Positions 23,640 through 37,428 of a stretch of 64,000 nucleotides of DNA are shown in pieces. The notes under the pieces are model-generated. The model had not been told where the DNA came from and did no database searches. It saw only the letters and a program-made list of their open reading frames with translations. The stretch lies in the NCBI RefSeq assembly GCF_020745735.1, contig NC_083435.1:42842498-42906497 (forward strand), read 5' to 3'. Each line of letters begins with the position of its first letter. The stretch's first letter is position 1. The translations under genes and the position numbers were made by a program. This DNA is from Hemiscyllium ocellatum (taxonomy: Eukaryota).

Positions 23640-25400
23640 TCATAGAACATAGATCATTGAGCATGGAGCAAAAACTGTACAACACAGAACACAAAGCATA
23701 GAGCGTAGAACATAGAACATAGAACATAGAACGGAGATCATAGAACAGTACAGTACTGGCATCGAACGTTTGGCCTACTATGTTTGCGCTGACTAGGATA
23801 CCATTCTAAACTAATCCCACATGTCTGCTCATAATCCATACCTCTCTATTGCCTGCCTGTTGAGACGACTGTGCAACAGGTACATGTTTGCTTTTACCAA
23901 TTCCTCTAGCAGAGTCTTCTGGCACCTGTCACCCTCTGTCTAAAAATCCTGACTTTGTCATCTCCTTAAAACGTTCCCCATTTCAACTTCAAGTTATATT
24001 CCTTAGTATTAGATATTAAAACCCTGGGAAAAATAATCCACTATCTGCCCTCTCCAAGCCTATTATAATTTGATATTCTAGTATTACGTCATCTCAGCCT
24101 CTGACAGTCCAGTGAAAATCAGGCAAGTTTGTACACCCTCACCTTCTATCTAATCTTCCCTAATCCAGGCAACATCTTGGTGAACCTCTTTCACGCTTTG
24201 TCCAAAGTCTCTTTGGAGAGGGTTCAGAGGAGGTTTACCAGGATGCTGCCTGTTATGGAGGGCTTATTTTATGAGGAGAGATTGACTGAGCTCGGATATT
24301 TTTCATTGGAGAAAAAGGGGAGGGGGGGGGACCTAATTGAGGTATCCAAGATAATGAGAGGCATAGATACAGTCGATAGCCAGAGAGTATTTGCCAGGAC
24401 AGAAATGACTAACACGAGAGGTCATAGTTTTAAGCTGGTTGGAGGAAAGTATAGAGGGGATGTCAAAGGCGGGTTCTTTAGGCAGAGAGTTGTGAGAGCA
24501 TGGAATGCGTTGCCAGCAGCGGCTGTGGAGGCACGGTCATTGGGGACATTTAAGAGACTCATGTACATGCATATGGTCACAGACATTTGACAGTGCAGAC
24601 ATGAGGACCAGTGGTCGGCACAACATCGTGGGCTGAAGGGCCTGTTCTGTACTGTCCTGTTCTATGTTGTATGTCTCCTTATCAGTCGTATATTGTAGTG
24701 ACCAGAACTCCAGGAAGTACTCCAAATACGACCTAGCTCAAGTTTTTGACAGCACAAGCATGACTTGCGAGATTATGCAGGCTATTCCGAACCAATTAAG
24801 GCAGTTGCCACTTTCGGTGTGCTGTGATTAGAATCCAAAGGTCCTTCTGCATTTTATGATCCTAAGGGGCCTCCCACTTACTGTATACTTTCCTTTGTAT
24901 TTGACCTTCCAAAATGTACGACAACACACTTGTCCAGATTAAACTCCATCTGCCATTTCTCAGTCCAATTTTCCAACTGATCTTATAACTTGCCAAATTC
25001 CAAGAGAATCTTCCTCATTGTTCACACCTCCATCATTTTTCATGTGTATAAAAACTACTGTGTAGGCCACAGATATTTTCGCTCAAATTATTTACACATG
25101 TTCCAAACACCAGATTACCAATGATCACACACATTCAGCAAGAAAAAGTCCCCTTGACAACTACTTTCTGTCTCCTAGGACCAAGTCAATATTGTAACCA
25201 ACTATACCACCTCACCATGAATCCAATATGACTTAATTTTCTATGGCAGCCTACCATGGGTTATTTTGTCAAAGGCTTTAGTAAAGTCCATGTTGACATC
25301 ATCCACTGCCCTTACCTCGTCAATTATTTCATCACGTCTTTAAAGGAAAAAAAACTCCACCACATTTGTGAAACAAGACATGCTCTGCAAAAGGCCATAG
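23640..25400 (-). mobile_element. Decayed CR1 LINE (3' half) with (TAGAACA)n tail
   Basis: catagaa repeats at 23641-23745; reverse-complement RT motifs (tgtcaaaggctttagtaaagtccatg = MDFTKAFD). Confidence 0.75.
24212..24672 (+). mobile_element. Younger CR1 LINE 3' end nested in opposite orientation
   Basis: LERVQRRFTRML...RGDLIEV.KIMRG...FF.QRVVRAWNALP in ORF 24129..24590; tail tgttctatgtt. Confidence 0.9.
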
Positions 25401-25599
25401 CGCATCCCAAATATACTTCTGAAACACTTGCAAGTGTGTGGACAAATTCCAGCCCAACTACAGTTACACGTTTGCTGATGACGCCACCGAACATTAATAG
25501 GGCAGATCGCAAACAATGACAGGAAAGAGACAGGGCGCTCAGTGGCATGGCGTAGAGATAACAGCATCTCCAACAACGTCAATAAAAGGAGAGAGCTCA

Positions 25600-25950
25600 T
25601 CATTAACTTCAGGTAGAACACCATTTCTGATATTGGAAATGTTACTCACTGGCTTCTCCATTCCATTATTGTCATCCTGTAAGAGAGTTGCTCCAATCCC
25701 CAAACTGCTAGTGTCTGATGCGAGTTTAAAAAAATTGTTAAAGTGAGGTGTAATCAAGACTGGTCCATTAGCTAAGGTTGCTTTCAGCTTTTCAAAGCTT
25801 TCCTGGGATTCTTTTATAGCAACAAAAGTTTAGGGTGTGGCTATTGTACTGAAATTAGGTACAACGTTTCGATAAAATCTACACATCCTCAAAACCATCA
25901 TGATATCTTCTTTTGTTTTAGGGTGGGAAGTAATTTACAGGAGGGTGACC
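25600..25950 (-). mobile_element. Gypsy RT/RNase H fragment
   Basis: ORF 25539..25757 FKLASDTSSLGIGATLLQDD...KPV is a Gypsy RNase H signature. Confidence 0.75.
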
Positions 25951-26179
25951 GTGTTCCATTCTTGAGTGCATTCGTCTCCTGCTTTAAACTTTCTGATTAT
26001 TGCGCAGTTATCTGCCCATTCTTTCATCATAATAAATAAAACAAAGGACTGAAGATGCTGGAGATCTGAAACAAAATTCCTGGAGGAAATCAGTAGATCT
26101 GGCAGCATTTGTGGGAAGAAGGCTGAGTTAATATCTGATGTCTCTTCCTCTTGTTTTTGGAAATGTTCAGATTTTCCTG

Positions 26180-26582
26180 CTGTTTTCTCTGTAGAGTCGG
26201 AGGCTGAGAAGTGACCTTATATAGGTTTATAAAATCATGAGTGGTACGGATAGTGTAAATCGACAAAGTCTCTTCCCTGTTGTGGTGGTGTCTAGAATGA
26301 GAGAGCAGAGGTTTAGGGCGAGAGGAGAAAGATATAAAAGATACCAAAGGGACAGATTTTACATGTAGCGCGTGGTACCTGTATGAAATGAACTGCCAGA
26401 AAAAGTGGTGGAGGTTCGTGCGATTACAAGATTTAGTAATCATCTGCGTGGGTATATGAATAGGAAGGGTTTGGAGGGAAATGGGCTGGGTGCTGACAGG
26501 TTGGGTTCTGCTATCTGGTCGGAATAGACGAGTTGGACCAAAGGGTCTATTTCCGTTCTCTCCGTCTATATGACTCAATGAA
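26180..26582 (+). mobile_element. CR1 LINE 3' end
   Basis: ggaggctgagaagtgaccttatataggtttataaaatcatgag...tatatgactc matches the CR1 terminus at 29900-30300. Confidence 0.85.
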
Positions 26583-26749
26583 TCATTTTCCTTCTCTCCT
26601 TGACAACAGCATAAAGTTCCTGTCAGTGATGATCACGAAATATATGCCCTGATCCATCCATATCGACGAAATGTTCAAGAAAACACAACAAAATCTTCAC
26701 TTCGTCTGAAGGCTAAGGAAATTAGACACGTCCACAAGGACTCTTACCA

Positions 26750-27050
26750 ACTGGTTGTTTGCTCGCTGGTATGGAAGTTTCATTTTCAGACGTTTCATCA
26801 CCGTGGAAAATGGGATCCATAACAATGTGCTTGTTGAGAGAGAACGACCCCCGAGAAAAAGAATAGGAAATGACATCACGAACACAAGGAAACTTAAACA
26901 CATAAACAAAAAGCCGGCCATGCCACGAGTGCCTCACCGGAAGCTCACACATGATGTGACCAAGCATGGTGATGAAACGTATAAAAATGAACCTTCCAAC
27001 TCAGCGACCAAACTTACATCAGGAACCTTAATTTGAGCTTCTCAAAACTC
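26750..27050 (+). mobile_element. Penelope pLTR remnant with inverted partial copy
   Basis: About 26757-26805 is the reverse complement of about 26965-27013; similar to 4140-4350 (ggaaatgacatcac; tgatgaaacgt; ctcagcga.caaac). Confidence 0.7.
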
Positions 27051-27079
27051 ACTGCCTCTTACCACCTTTTAGAGATATC

Positions 27080-27385
27080 CCACAGAAAATCTCCTGTCTG
27101 GATGCATTACAGCAGAATCTAGTAATTGCATTTTCCAAGACGACGAGAATGACAGAGGATGTGATCATCATCTAGTCCATCACATAATCCAGCCTCCAAT
27201 CCACTGATACCATCAACACTGCATGAAGCCTCGAGAAAGCAATCAACATCATCAAGTGCTTCTCCCACTGTGCTTCTACTCTCTTCTAACCTCTTTCGAC
27301 ATGTAGAAGTTATGGAAATTTATATACAACGAGGAATAGAATCAAGAAGAGCTTCTTCCCTGCAGTTATGAGACTTCTGAATGGA
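27080..27385 (+). mobile_element. Decayed Rex1/Babar-like LINE 3' end
   Basis: Recognised motifs gaaagcaatcaacatcatcaag...aagaagagcttcttccctgcagttatgagacttctgaa (K.SFFPAV.RLLN). Confidence 0.5.
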
Positions 27386-27437
27386 TCTCTCAATTTTCAA
27401 ATGTAATGTTGAGCTCGCTTCCAAGGACACCTTCTCT

Positions 27438-30300
27438 GGTGTATTATAGACCCCTTAATAGTCATAGGGAAATTGAGAAATAAATTTGTAAGGAGATCTC
27501 AGTTATGTATAAGAATAATAGGATGTTTGTGGTCGGATATTTAACTTTCCAAACAGAGGGACTGCCATAGTGTGAAACGTTTAGATGGAGAGGACTTTGT
27601 TAAGTGTGCACAAGAAAGTTTTCTGATGTTCATATGTGGATGTACTTACTAGACAAGGTGCAAAACTTGAGCTACTCTTGGGAAACAAGACAAGGCAGGT
27701 GACTGATGTGTCAGTGTGGGAGCACTTGGGGGTGAGCAGCCGTTACTCCATTAGTTTCAAAATCGTCATTGAAAAAGATAGTCCAGGTCTAGAAGTTGAA
27801 ATTCTATGTTGGAGAAATGTCAATTTTGACGGTGATGGGCACGAACTTTCAAAAGTTGATTGGGGGCAAATGTTCGCATGTAAAGGGACGACTGACAAAT
27901 ACGAAGCTTGCGGAATTGAGATATCGAGAGTGCAGGGACAGTATATTCCTGTTATGGTGAAAGGAAAGGCTGGTAGTTGTAGGGAATGCTGGATGACTAG
28001 AGAAATTGAGGGATTGATTAAAGAAAAGAAGGAAGCATATGTCAGGTATAGACAGGACAGATCGAATGAATCTTAGAAGGGTATAAAGGCAGAAGGAGTA
28101 AATATAAGAGGGAAATCAGAGTGCAAAAGGGGGAATGAAAAATCTTTGATAAATAGATTTAAAGAGATTCCAAGGGGTTGTTTTTACAAATACATTAAGG
28201 AGAAAAGGACAACTCGGGAGAGAATAGGGCCCCTCGATGATCAGTAAGCCTTTGTATGGAGCCGCAGGTGTTTGGGGAGATAGGAAACGAACATTTTGCA
28301 ACAGTGCATACTGTGGAAAAGGACATGTAGCATATAGAATGTAGGGAAATGGGTGGTGCCATTTTAAAAAATGTCCATGTTACAGAGGAGAAAGTGGTGA
28401 ATGTCTTGAAACGCATCAAAGTGGATAAATCCCCAGGCTCTGATTTGGTATATCCTCGAACTCTGTGGGAAGCTAGGGAAGTAATTGCTGAGCCCCTTGC
28501 TGTGATATTTGTGACATCAACAGTCGCAGGTGAGGTGTCGGAAGACTGGAGATTGACTAACATGGTTTCATGATTTAAGAAAGGTGATAAGGGAAATCCA
28601 GGGAACAATAGACCAGTGAGCCTCAAGTATGTGGTTGTTGGAGGGAATCCTGAGGGAGAGGATGCACATGTATTTGGAAAGGCAAGGACTGATTACGGAC
28701 AGTCAACATGATTTTGTCCAAGGGAAATAATGTCTCAAGAACTTGTTTGAGATTTTTTGAGAAAGGAACCAAGAAGATTGATGAGGGCAGAGTGGTAGAC
28801 ATCTACACGTACTTCAGTCAGGCATTTGATAATGTTGCCCATGGGAGACTAGTTAGAAAGGTTAAATCTCATGGAATACAGGGAGAACCAACCAGCTGGA
28901 TACAGAACTGGCTCAAAGGTAGAAAACAGAGGTTGTTGGTGGAGGGTTGTTTATCAGACTGGAGGCTTATGACCAGTAGAGTGCCACAAAAATCGGTGCT
29001 GGCTCCACTACTTTTGATCATTGATATAAATGATTTGGATGCGGGGTTAAAACTTTTTTTTTACGAAGTTTGCAGCTAACATCAAAATTGGAGTTGCAGT
29101 GGACAGCGAATAGACTGAGAACATGCAGATGGATTTTAATTTAGATAAATGTGAAGTGCTGCATTTTGGGAAAGCAGATCTTCGCAGGACTTATACACTT
29201 AATGGAAATGTCCAAGGGAGTGTTGCTGAACCAAGAGACCTTGGAGTGCAGGTTCGTAACTCCTTAAAAGTGGAGTTGCAGGTAGATAGGAGAGTGAAGA
29301 AGGCGTTAGGTATGCTTTGTTTTATTGGTCAGACTATTGAATACAGGAGAAAGTGAGGACTGCAGATGCTGGAGATCAGATCTGCATTGCATACAGAAGC
29401 ACGGTTTCCCAGTGGTTAGCACTCCTGCCTCACAGTGACAGACGAACCGGGTTCAATTTCCATCTCAGGCCACTCTCTTTGCGGAGTTAACACATTATTT
29501 GCGTGGGTTTCCTCTGGGCGCTGCGGTTTGCTCCAAAAATGTGCAGGTTTGGTGAATTGGCCATGATAATTTGCCTGTAGAGTTAGGTGGAGGGGTAAAC
29601 ATAGGGGAAAGCGTATTGAGGTGGGTTGAGTTTTGGCTGGTCGGTGTGGACTTGTTGGGCCGAAGGGACTGTTTCCACACTGTAAGTAATCTAATCTAAA
29701 AAAGGAGTTAGGAGGTCACTTTGAGGCTGCACAGGACATTAATTAGGCCACTTTTGGAATGTTGCACGCAATTTCCGTCTTCTTCCTTTTGGAGGGCTGT
29801 TGTAAAACTTGAAAGGGTTCAGAAAAGGTTTACAAGGATGTTGTCAGGCTTGGAGAATTTGAGCTATAGGGAGAGATTGAATAGGCAAGGGCTGTATTCT
29901 CTGCAGCATCGGAGACTGAGGGATGATCTGATTGAAGATTTATAAAATCATGAGTGGCATGGATAGGGTCTTTTCCCTGGGGTCGTGGAGTCCAGAACAA
30001 GAGGACATAGGTTTAGGGTGAGATGGGAAAGATATAAAAGAGACCTAAGGGGCAACTTTTTCATGCAGAGGGCTGTGTGTGTGTGTGTGTAGAATGGGCT
30101 CCCTGGGGAAGTGGTAGAGTCTACGACAACTGCAACATTTAAATGGCATTTGGATGGATAGATGAATAGGAAGTGTTTGGTGGGATGTGGGCCAGGAGCT
30201 GGAAGGTGGGACGAGATTGGGTTCGGATATCTCGTCGGCATGGATGAGTTGGATGGAATGGTCAGTCTCCGTGCTGGACTTGTTTATGACTATGATTCGA
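27438..30300 (+). mobile_element. CR1 LINE ORF2 (endonuclease end, RT, 3' end), frameshifted
   Basis: ORFs 27636..28076, 28349..28573 (KSPGSDLVYPRTLWE), 28708..29079 (AFDNVAHGRL, VPQKSVLAPLL), 29123..29356 and 29721..29945. Confidence 0.92.
29398..29700 (+). mobile_element. HE1-type SINE nested in CR1, preceded by a short PLE-derived fragment (29347-29380)
   Basis: cagtggttagcactcctgcctcacag head, gggttcaatt B box, (taatc)n tail. Confidence 0.88.
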
Positions 30301-30489
30301 TGGCTTCACTGTGTTCTCTTTACCTATGTACTTGCATTGCATGATCCTTCTGTACTGTATGCAAGACAAAGCTTTTCACTCGACCTAAGTACATGTAACA
30401 ATAATCAATTAATCAAATCAGATTAAACTCTGACGTTACAGGGTTACAACTCACTACCTACTCAGCCTCTCCCGATAGTTCAACAACCC

Positions 30490-32520
30490 AATCCTAGAAA
30501 CATCATTGTAAATCTTTTCTGAGCCCTTTCAAATTTAACAATATCCTTCTTATAATAGGGAGATCAAAATTGGACTCAGTACTGTCAAGTGACCTCACAA
30601 ATGGTCTGCACAGTAGCAACATGACCTCCTAACTCTTTTACTCAATGCACTGTCAAATGAATGGGTCAACAGCCAATCAATATGTGACTCCACTTTCAAT
30701 GAACTATGCACCTGAACACCTATGTGTCTTTGTTCGGCAACACCAGTACTCCAACATTAACTATAAAGGCACTGCCCTTGTGTACTTTGCCAAAATACAT
30801 TACCCCAGACTTATCTAAATTATACTTCATCTGCAACTCATTGGTCCATTGGCCCATCAATCCAGGTCCTGTTGTTCTCTCAGCTAATCTTCTTCACTGT
30901 TTGCGACACCGTTTATTTTGGTGTTTTCTGCAAACTTACTGAAGTATTGCCGATATTCACATCCACATAAATGAGGGAAAGCATTGGACCCAGCACTGAT
31001 CCTTGTGGTGTACTGCTGGTTACAGGCTTCTAGTCCCAATCTAAAACCCTGAACCACGACACTCTGACTCTTACTTTGAAGCCAATTTTTAAAATCCATT
31101 GGCCAGCTGCTTCTGTATCCAATTTGTTCAAACCTCGCGTATCAGTCTACCTTGCGCAACCATGTTGAATGTCTTGCTGAAGTTCATATTAAAAAAGTCT
31201 GTCACATCGCCTTCATCAGTCTTCTCAGTCACTTTTTCGAAAACACGATGTTACTTGTATGCAGCCATGTTGACAATCCGTAATCTGTCCTTGCCTTTCC
31301 AAATGCATGTAAATCCTATCCCTCCACACTGACATAATTCTTATTGGTTTATAGTTCTCTCATATTTGCCAATTTGCAGTCCTCTGGCACCTCATCCGTG
31401 GCTGTTGGTAAAACAGATATTCAAGAAAGGGACGCAGCAATTTCTTCCTTAGTTTCCCAACAAAGTTCTCAGAACCACTTGATTTGGTCCTATGGTTTAT
31501 CCATGTGGTTGCGTTCTCTATTTTATGGATCATTTTAAAGACAACACTGCTTATCTCCCCAAGTTCCCTATGTGTCCTTCCCCATAGTAAATACCGACAC
31601 AGAATAAGCATTTCGTAAGTTACCCATGTCCTGTATTCCAAAATCCAGATGCTCTTTTGTTCTTTAATGGCCTGATTTCTTACTTTGTTGTATTCCTTTT
31701 CCCTTAAAGCATTTGTAAAATACCTTTTGATTCTCATTAAGCTATTTGCACTTTTGATTTCCTCTTAAGTATCTCTTTACAAATTTCCTTCTCAATTTCC
31801 TGCCCACTATTGGGGCAGTGTGCTGTAGAACAGTTCCAATAAAGTCATCATGTGTTTTTAATTTCTCAGTTACACGCAAATAACTTCACTGGAAGTTCTT
31901 CCAGTAATATTGTCCCCAAAGTAGAGAGTAATGTTATCTCTAATCAAAAATACCACCCCTTCGCTGGTTTTCCTCCATTTCCATCTTTCCTGCAACATTT
32001 ACATCCTGGAACATTAAACTGCCAGTCCCATCTGTTCCTGATAGCTATGCTTCTCTATAGCTATGGTCTCGCAGTTCCATGTATCCAAACGTGCAGTTAA
32101 TTCCTCTGTCTTGCCTGTCAGATCTCTTGCTCTGAAGTAAATGCAGTTTAATTTATCAGTCTTGCCTGCTTCATTGCCATGCTCTTGCCTGCCTTGATAA
32201 TTTAATTTACTCCACTGTCGTCACCTGACACTTATCTATTTTCTCACCATCGATTTGGAACCCCTACTATATCTAACTCATCTGTTACTAGTTTAAAGCT
32301 TCCTGAATAGCATTAGCAAATCTCCCATCAGGATGTTGTCTCCCTTCCAATTGAAGTGGGACCTGTCCCTCTTATGCAGGTTACCTGTACTCTGGATGAT
32401 AGCCCAATGGTCCAAAATGCTAATCCCTGCCCCTTACACCAGTTCACCATTCATCCTCTTACTCTCCTCTTCCAACACTCATGAGCACGTGACCCCGGAG
32501 GCAATTGCTTCCAGGGTCAC
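30490..32520 (-). mobile_element. Decayed CR1 LINE
   Basis: Reverse-strand ORF 30884..31099 (NWLQSKSQSVVVQG; SKFAENTKI) and colinear CR1 segments. Confidence 0.75.
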
Positions 32521-34781
32521 GTTCCCATGAGTGTCGGAATAGTTCTGACTTCGAAGGGAGAAACAAGTGCGTCACTTCTCGGTGATTACAAACCATCAAT
32601 CTTTTAAGTCACTGCCAAATGTCCTGACAAATGCAACCCACCAAAATCTTTGTCTATTTATTTGCGAACTAGAATGAACTCTCCAAAAGGTATCCAATTT
32701 AAAATGTGATACCTTACAGTGGCTTATAGATAATCGTTAACCTGCTTCCTCCAAGAAGCAACCAAGAAAAAAATACTGAAAATCCAAAAATAAAATCTGA
32801 ATACCAGGACTATTCTCACTGAGAATGTTCATCATATCAATACAAAGATTATTGTCATTGTGTCTTTTTAGCAAATCAGGAAGAGGACCATTGTTATGGG
32901 GACAGTGTATCACATTAACATCATGGTTACATTCAGAAGGATTTTCTGAGTTTCCATTTTGTATTAAGAATGGGAAATTTTAGTAGCCAGAATTCCAGAT
33001 GTGGCACTTGTTCTATGTCCTCGATAAATTGTTTGTGAGAAGTCATTTTTGGCGAAATGTTCAGTTTCATACAAAGCCAGCATACTGCAATTGCTCAAAC
33101 ATTGCCTTTAATTGATTCATATGTTCTTCACGTGTTACTGTGTTTTAATGACGTTGTCTAAAGAAACTACAGAGTCGCATATTTCAGGAATGACTCGGTA
33201 CAAACATATAAGCAAAGTAGATGTGGTATTTTGAAGTGAAATAGTATGACACGACATGAATACAGTATAACTCATTCGTTAAAATAAAGGTGAATACTTC
33301 TTCAGAATTTGATGGCAATGACACTTGCTAGAAACGATCAAAAAATCAAATTGAGAAAAAATGAAGCATTGACAATCCTGTCGATGCAATTTTCTCATGA
33401 ATCTGCTTCCGTTCCTCAGCTTTATTTTATGTGACTTGTGAAGATTCTAATTGATACATCCTGCTTAACGCCACAGAATAACCGCAGTTGAATTGGTTGA
33501 GTTCTGTCAAGTGTTTTTTTTTCCTGTATGTTTATGTAAAATACCATGTCATTTGAGTTTCTTTATTTTGGACTGTGGACTAACATCTAAAGATATCACT
33601 TTAAAGCAGGGATACTGTGCAAACAAATTATTACAGTGATTATAGTGGTGCAGGTTCAGAATGTTATTCAGTTTCATGGCTTTGTAGAAGCAATGCGAGC
33701 AAAGGCAGACAACCAAAAGCTGATAAATTCAAAACGAAGAAATATGTGTTTTACAGTAACGTTTTGATCGTCGTCTGACCAGATATCAATAGATTTACGG
33801 TGCCATTCTCACAGGAAGAGATTAAGCCTGCAAAAATAAATTATAAAATAAATCGATGTGTATGTCTCCCTCCTGCGTGAAGGAAGCAGGAACAGAAGCA
33901 ATGTGTTCTATACAGCTTCTTCTCCAAGTCCCGTCTCCAGTTACAGCAAACTGTGCTCTACTTACCTTCTTGTGCAAGTGCCCTATTGAGAGAAAAATAA
34001 AACATCTTCAAAGCTAATGAAAGGACGAATTCTCATTCAATGAATGAAAGCAAGTATTAATCTCCGAGCAATCGATGTCAACAGAAGAGAACGAGAAAGA
34101 ATTTAAAAAAACTGAAACAAATGAGTTATCAACTTCTGTGGTCTACAGTGGAGCCACTAATTTGTGTTTCCCTGACATTTTCCCTCCTTTCTTTTTCAAT
34201 TTTCCACAAGGAAAAAATGTCATCACTTTAACAGCTGGTACATTGTTTACAAAATTGGTTAGAAATCGACACAATAGTTGTTGTTATTGAGGTTGTCAAT
34301 CAAATCAACACCAGAAACATTTTCTCCAAAATCAAGAGTGCGGCCAATGTTACTGACACATTTAACCAACTAAAAGCGAAAGCTAACGTTCATGAGACTC
34401 TTCATCATATCAAATCCAGGGCTTAATTAATGAGACAGTTCATTGAAGTCAGCACCAGGCCTATCCTTACTCAGATTGTTCATCACCTCGGTACGAAGGC
34501 TTTTGTTCGTCACTTTGTGACTGACAGTATTGATTGCATCAGCGACAAACACATCCTTAATTCGTTATGCGACTGTTGAACAAAACCACGATTATTTCAA
34601 GGAATGAAACTGAATTTGTGATAGAATTATGATTTTTTTGGTCGATTCATTCATGAGAATATTTTACTTGACACAAAGTACTCAAGAAGTGCCGTTTTCT
34701 AGTTCAGTTATGCAATGGAGTGTTACTTATATCTCTGCCCTCACTGCCAAGGCGGTTGTCTCTGTGGACAATCGTCTTCGG

Positions 34782-34789
34782 TATAAATA
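34782..34789 (+). promoter_or_regulatory. TATA box of GPCR copy 3
   Basis: TATAAATA about 60 nt upstream of ATG 34849. Confidence 0.65.
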
Positions 34790-35563
34790 AAGCATCCTCG
34801 GTGTAAATCATTCCTTATATCGTCAGCGTCCTGTGTGAAACACAAACAATGGGATACCCTGTAATTTACCAGATAGATCGGATTTATTATCTAATTCTTG
34901 CTGCTGTCAGTATTCCTGGTAAAGCAACGAAATGATATAGTACATATTGAATATGTATGTAGGAGTGTTATTCCATATATTCCCTGTTGGACAGTATGAG
35001 TCAAGTGGAATATAATTGTCTTTCTTAATCAGAGCTTCAAGTACAAAAATATAACTTCTCCACAAATATTGGAGCGAATATTGAAGCAAAACTGAGACAT
35101 TTCAAACCTCATACTTCGGGGAAAACAAGAATCAGATCAGGAATCGATGAGAAATCTTTAATCTGCTGGTGCTCATTCGTGGGTTGCATTTTTAATATGG
35201 CCATCTTAAAAAGTAACAAAGCGTTTTATTTTTATTTCATGTTTATATCTGTCTTATCCACATAATTTTCTTTTGCTTGCATGCTCTTAATTCAAGCTTG
35301 TGCGTTTCTTGTATTATGTGGAAAATGGATTCTATGATATGTGCTTCACAGAAATGGGATGCTCTTTGGAGATTTGCATGGTAAAGAAATGGGAGTTAAA
35401 TTCACAGAAGAGAAATAGATTTAAGGCCTCCTGACAGGAAGCTCAGACTCTTGTGTTTCACGTTTTCTAATATATGGGTAATGTTAAATTCTCCTGATCG
35501 ACTGGATGGCCACATCAGTAGGAATATCAAATATATCTACTTTGAATGTTAGGTGTGGTAGTT

Positions 35564-35695
35564 GAGTAAAAAGTGAGGTCTGCAGATGCTGGAGATCAGA
35601 GCTGAAAATGTGTTACTGGGTAAAGCACAGCAGGTCAGGCAGCATCCAAGGAACAGGAAATTCGACGTTTCGGGCCAGAGCCCTTCATCAGGAAT
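35564..35695 (-). mobile_element. Short PLE-derived element carrying a complete minimal hammerhead motif (35660-35695)
   Basis: Reverse complement ATTC-CTGATGA-A-GGGC-TCTG-GCCC-GAAAC-GTC-GAAT; body matches 52370-52498. Confidence 0.8.
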
Positions 35696-35896
35696 GAGGA
35701 GAGTCGATTGGAGGCATTGCAGTGCATCTGGAAGTTATCCAGAATAAGACACGGTGTTGTCATGTTCTTCAAGACGTTGATTTGGGAGGATAAAATTTCC
35801 TGAAATGAGAACGATAGACAATTAAAAGCAGAGAAGTGACTAATACCATTACTGATGGTATAATGTAGACATCAAAATGGAAAGGCAAAGACCGGC

Positions 35897-36825
35897 TCTT
35901 GGGAAATAAGGCAGGGCAGGTGACTGAGGTGTCAGTTGGGAAGCACTTAGTGGTCAGCAATCATAATTCTGTCAGTTTCAAAATAGTGATGGAAAAGAAT
36001 ACACCAGATCTAAGAGTTGAAGTTCTAAATTGGAGAAAGACTAACTTGCTGGTATTAGGCAACAACTTCCGAAAGCTGGTTGGGTGCACAAAATGAACCG
36101 CTGGAAAATGAGAAGCCTCCAGAAACGAGACAACGAGAGTCCAGAGACAGGATATTCCTGTTTGGGGTGAAAGGAAATGTTTGTGGGTGTAGGGAATGCT
36201 GAATGACTAAAGAAATTGAGTGTTTGATAGAGAAAAAAAGGAATCATAGGTCAGGTATAGACAGCAGAATTCGAATGAATTGTTCGAAGAATATAAAGGC
36301 AGTAGGAATATCCTGAAGTGGGAAATACGGAGGGCAAAAAGGGGATGCGAGATAGCTTTGGCAAATTGTACTGAGGAGAATCCTCAGAAAATACAAGAAG
36401 GAAACTGAAGGAAAACTAGTGAGCAAATAGGGCCCTTCAAAGATTAGCAAGGCAGCCTTTGTGTGGAGCCGCAGGCAATGGTGGAGATCCTAAATGAGAA
36501 TTTTGCATTCGCGTTTACTGTGAGAAGGACATGGAAGTCATAGAATGTGGGGAAATAGATGGTGACATCTTGAAAAATGTCCATTTAAAGCGGAGTAACT
36601 GCTGGATATCTTGTAATGCATAAAAAGGATATATCCCCAGGACCTGATCAGGTGACTCCGAGAACACTGTGGAAATGTGGGAGAGTGATTGCTGGGTACC
36701 TTGCTGAGATATTTGTGACAGAGATAGTCACAGGTGAGGTGCTGGAAGACTGGTGGTTGGCTGACCTGGTACCATTATTTAAGAAAGGTGGTAAGGCCAA
36801 ACCTGGGAGCTATAGTCCGGTTGTA
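35897..36825 (+). mobile_element. CR1 LINE ORF2 fragment in the intron of copy 3
   Basis: ORFs 35899..36096 and 36616..36828 (SPGPDQVTPRTLW; PLFKKGGKAKPGSY); colinear with 27676-28620. Confidence 0.88.
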
Positions 36826-37121
36826 TGATGGTTAATAAAGGAATGTTATGGCGGTGATGCAATGTCAAAAGAATGCATGCCACGAAGGAGCGTAGAAAGT
36901 CTAGGGTTTTTACTGAACTTAAATTAGGAGACTATAGAGGAAACATGATTTAAAAAAAACCCACTGTTGATTAATATTAAAGAAAATACAAATACATATT
37001 ACAGGCAAGGGAATAGCCAAGCTGAAAGCAGGTCACAACGTAAGAAATCTTTGGGAGACCGTCTCCCAGCTGTCTTGCAACGACTATTTGTATTTAAGAT
37101 TTCCAACATTCACAGTTCTTT

Positions 37122-37428
37122 GCGGGCAGTGTAGTGACTCATTGATTAACCTCAGTGTTGTCTCAGAGCACCAGAGACCGTTTTTGATTCCAACCATGGG
37201 CGACTGTCTGTCTAGAGTTTGAATGTTTTTCTTGTGGCTGTGTGTTTCCTCGAGTGCTCTGGTTTCTTCCCACAGTCCAAGTTATGTAAGTTAGGTGGAT
37301 TATCCATAGAAAATGCAGGTTTATAGAGATACGTAGGAAGTAGGTTTGAGTGGGATTCTCTTTGGGGATTTGTGTGGACTCGATGCATGAATGGCCTGTT
37401 TCCACACAACAGGGATGCTATGATCATG
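37122..37428 (+). mobile_element. HE1-type SINE (older)
   Basis: gggcgactgtctgtctagagttt...ggtttcttcccacagtccaa...cctgtttccacac. Confidence 0.85.

Noticed and set aside
24129-24590. 153-aa ORF as a gene
   Set aside because: CR1 ORF2 C-terminus fused by chance to antisense sequence of an older CR1.
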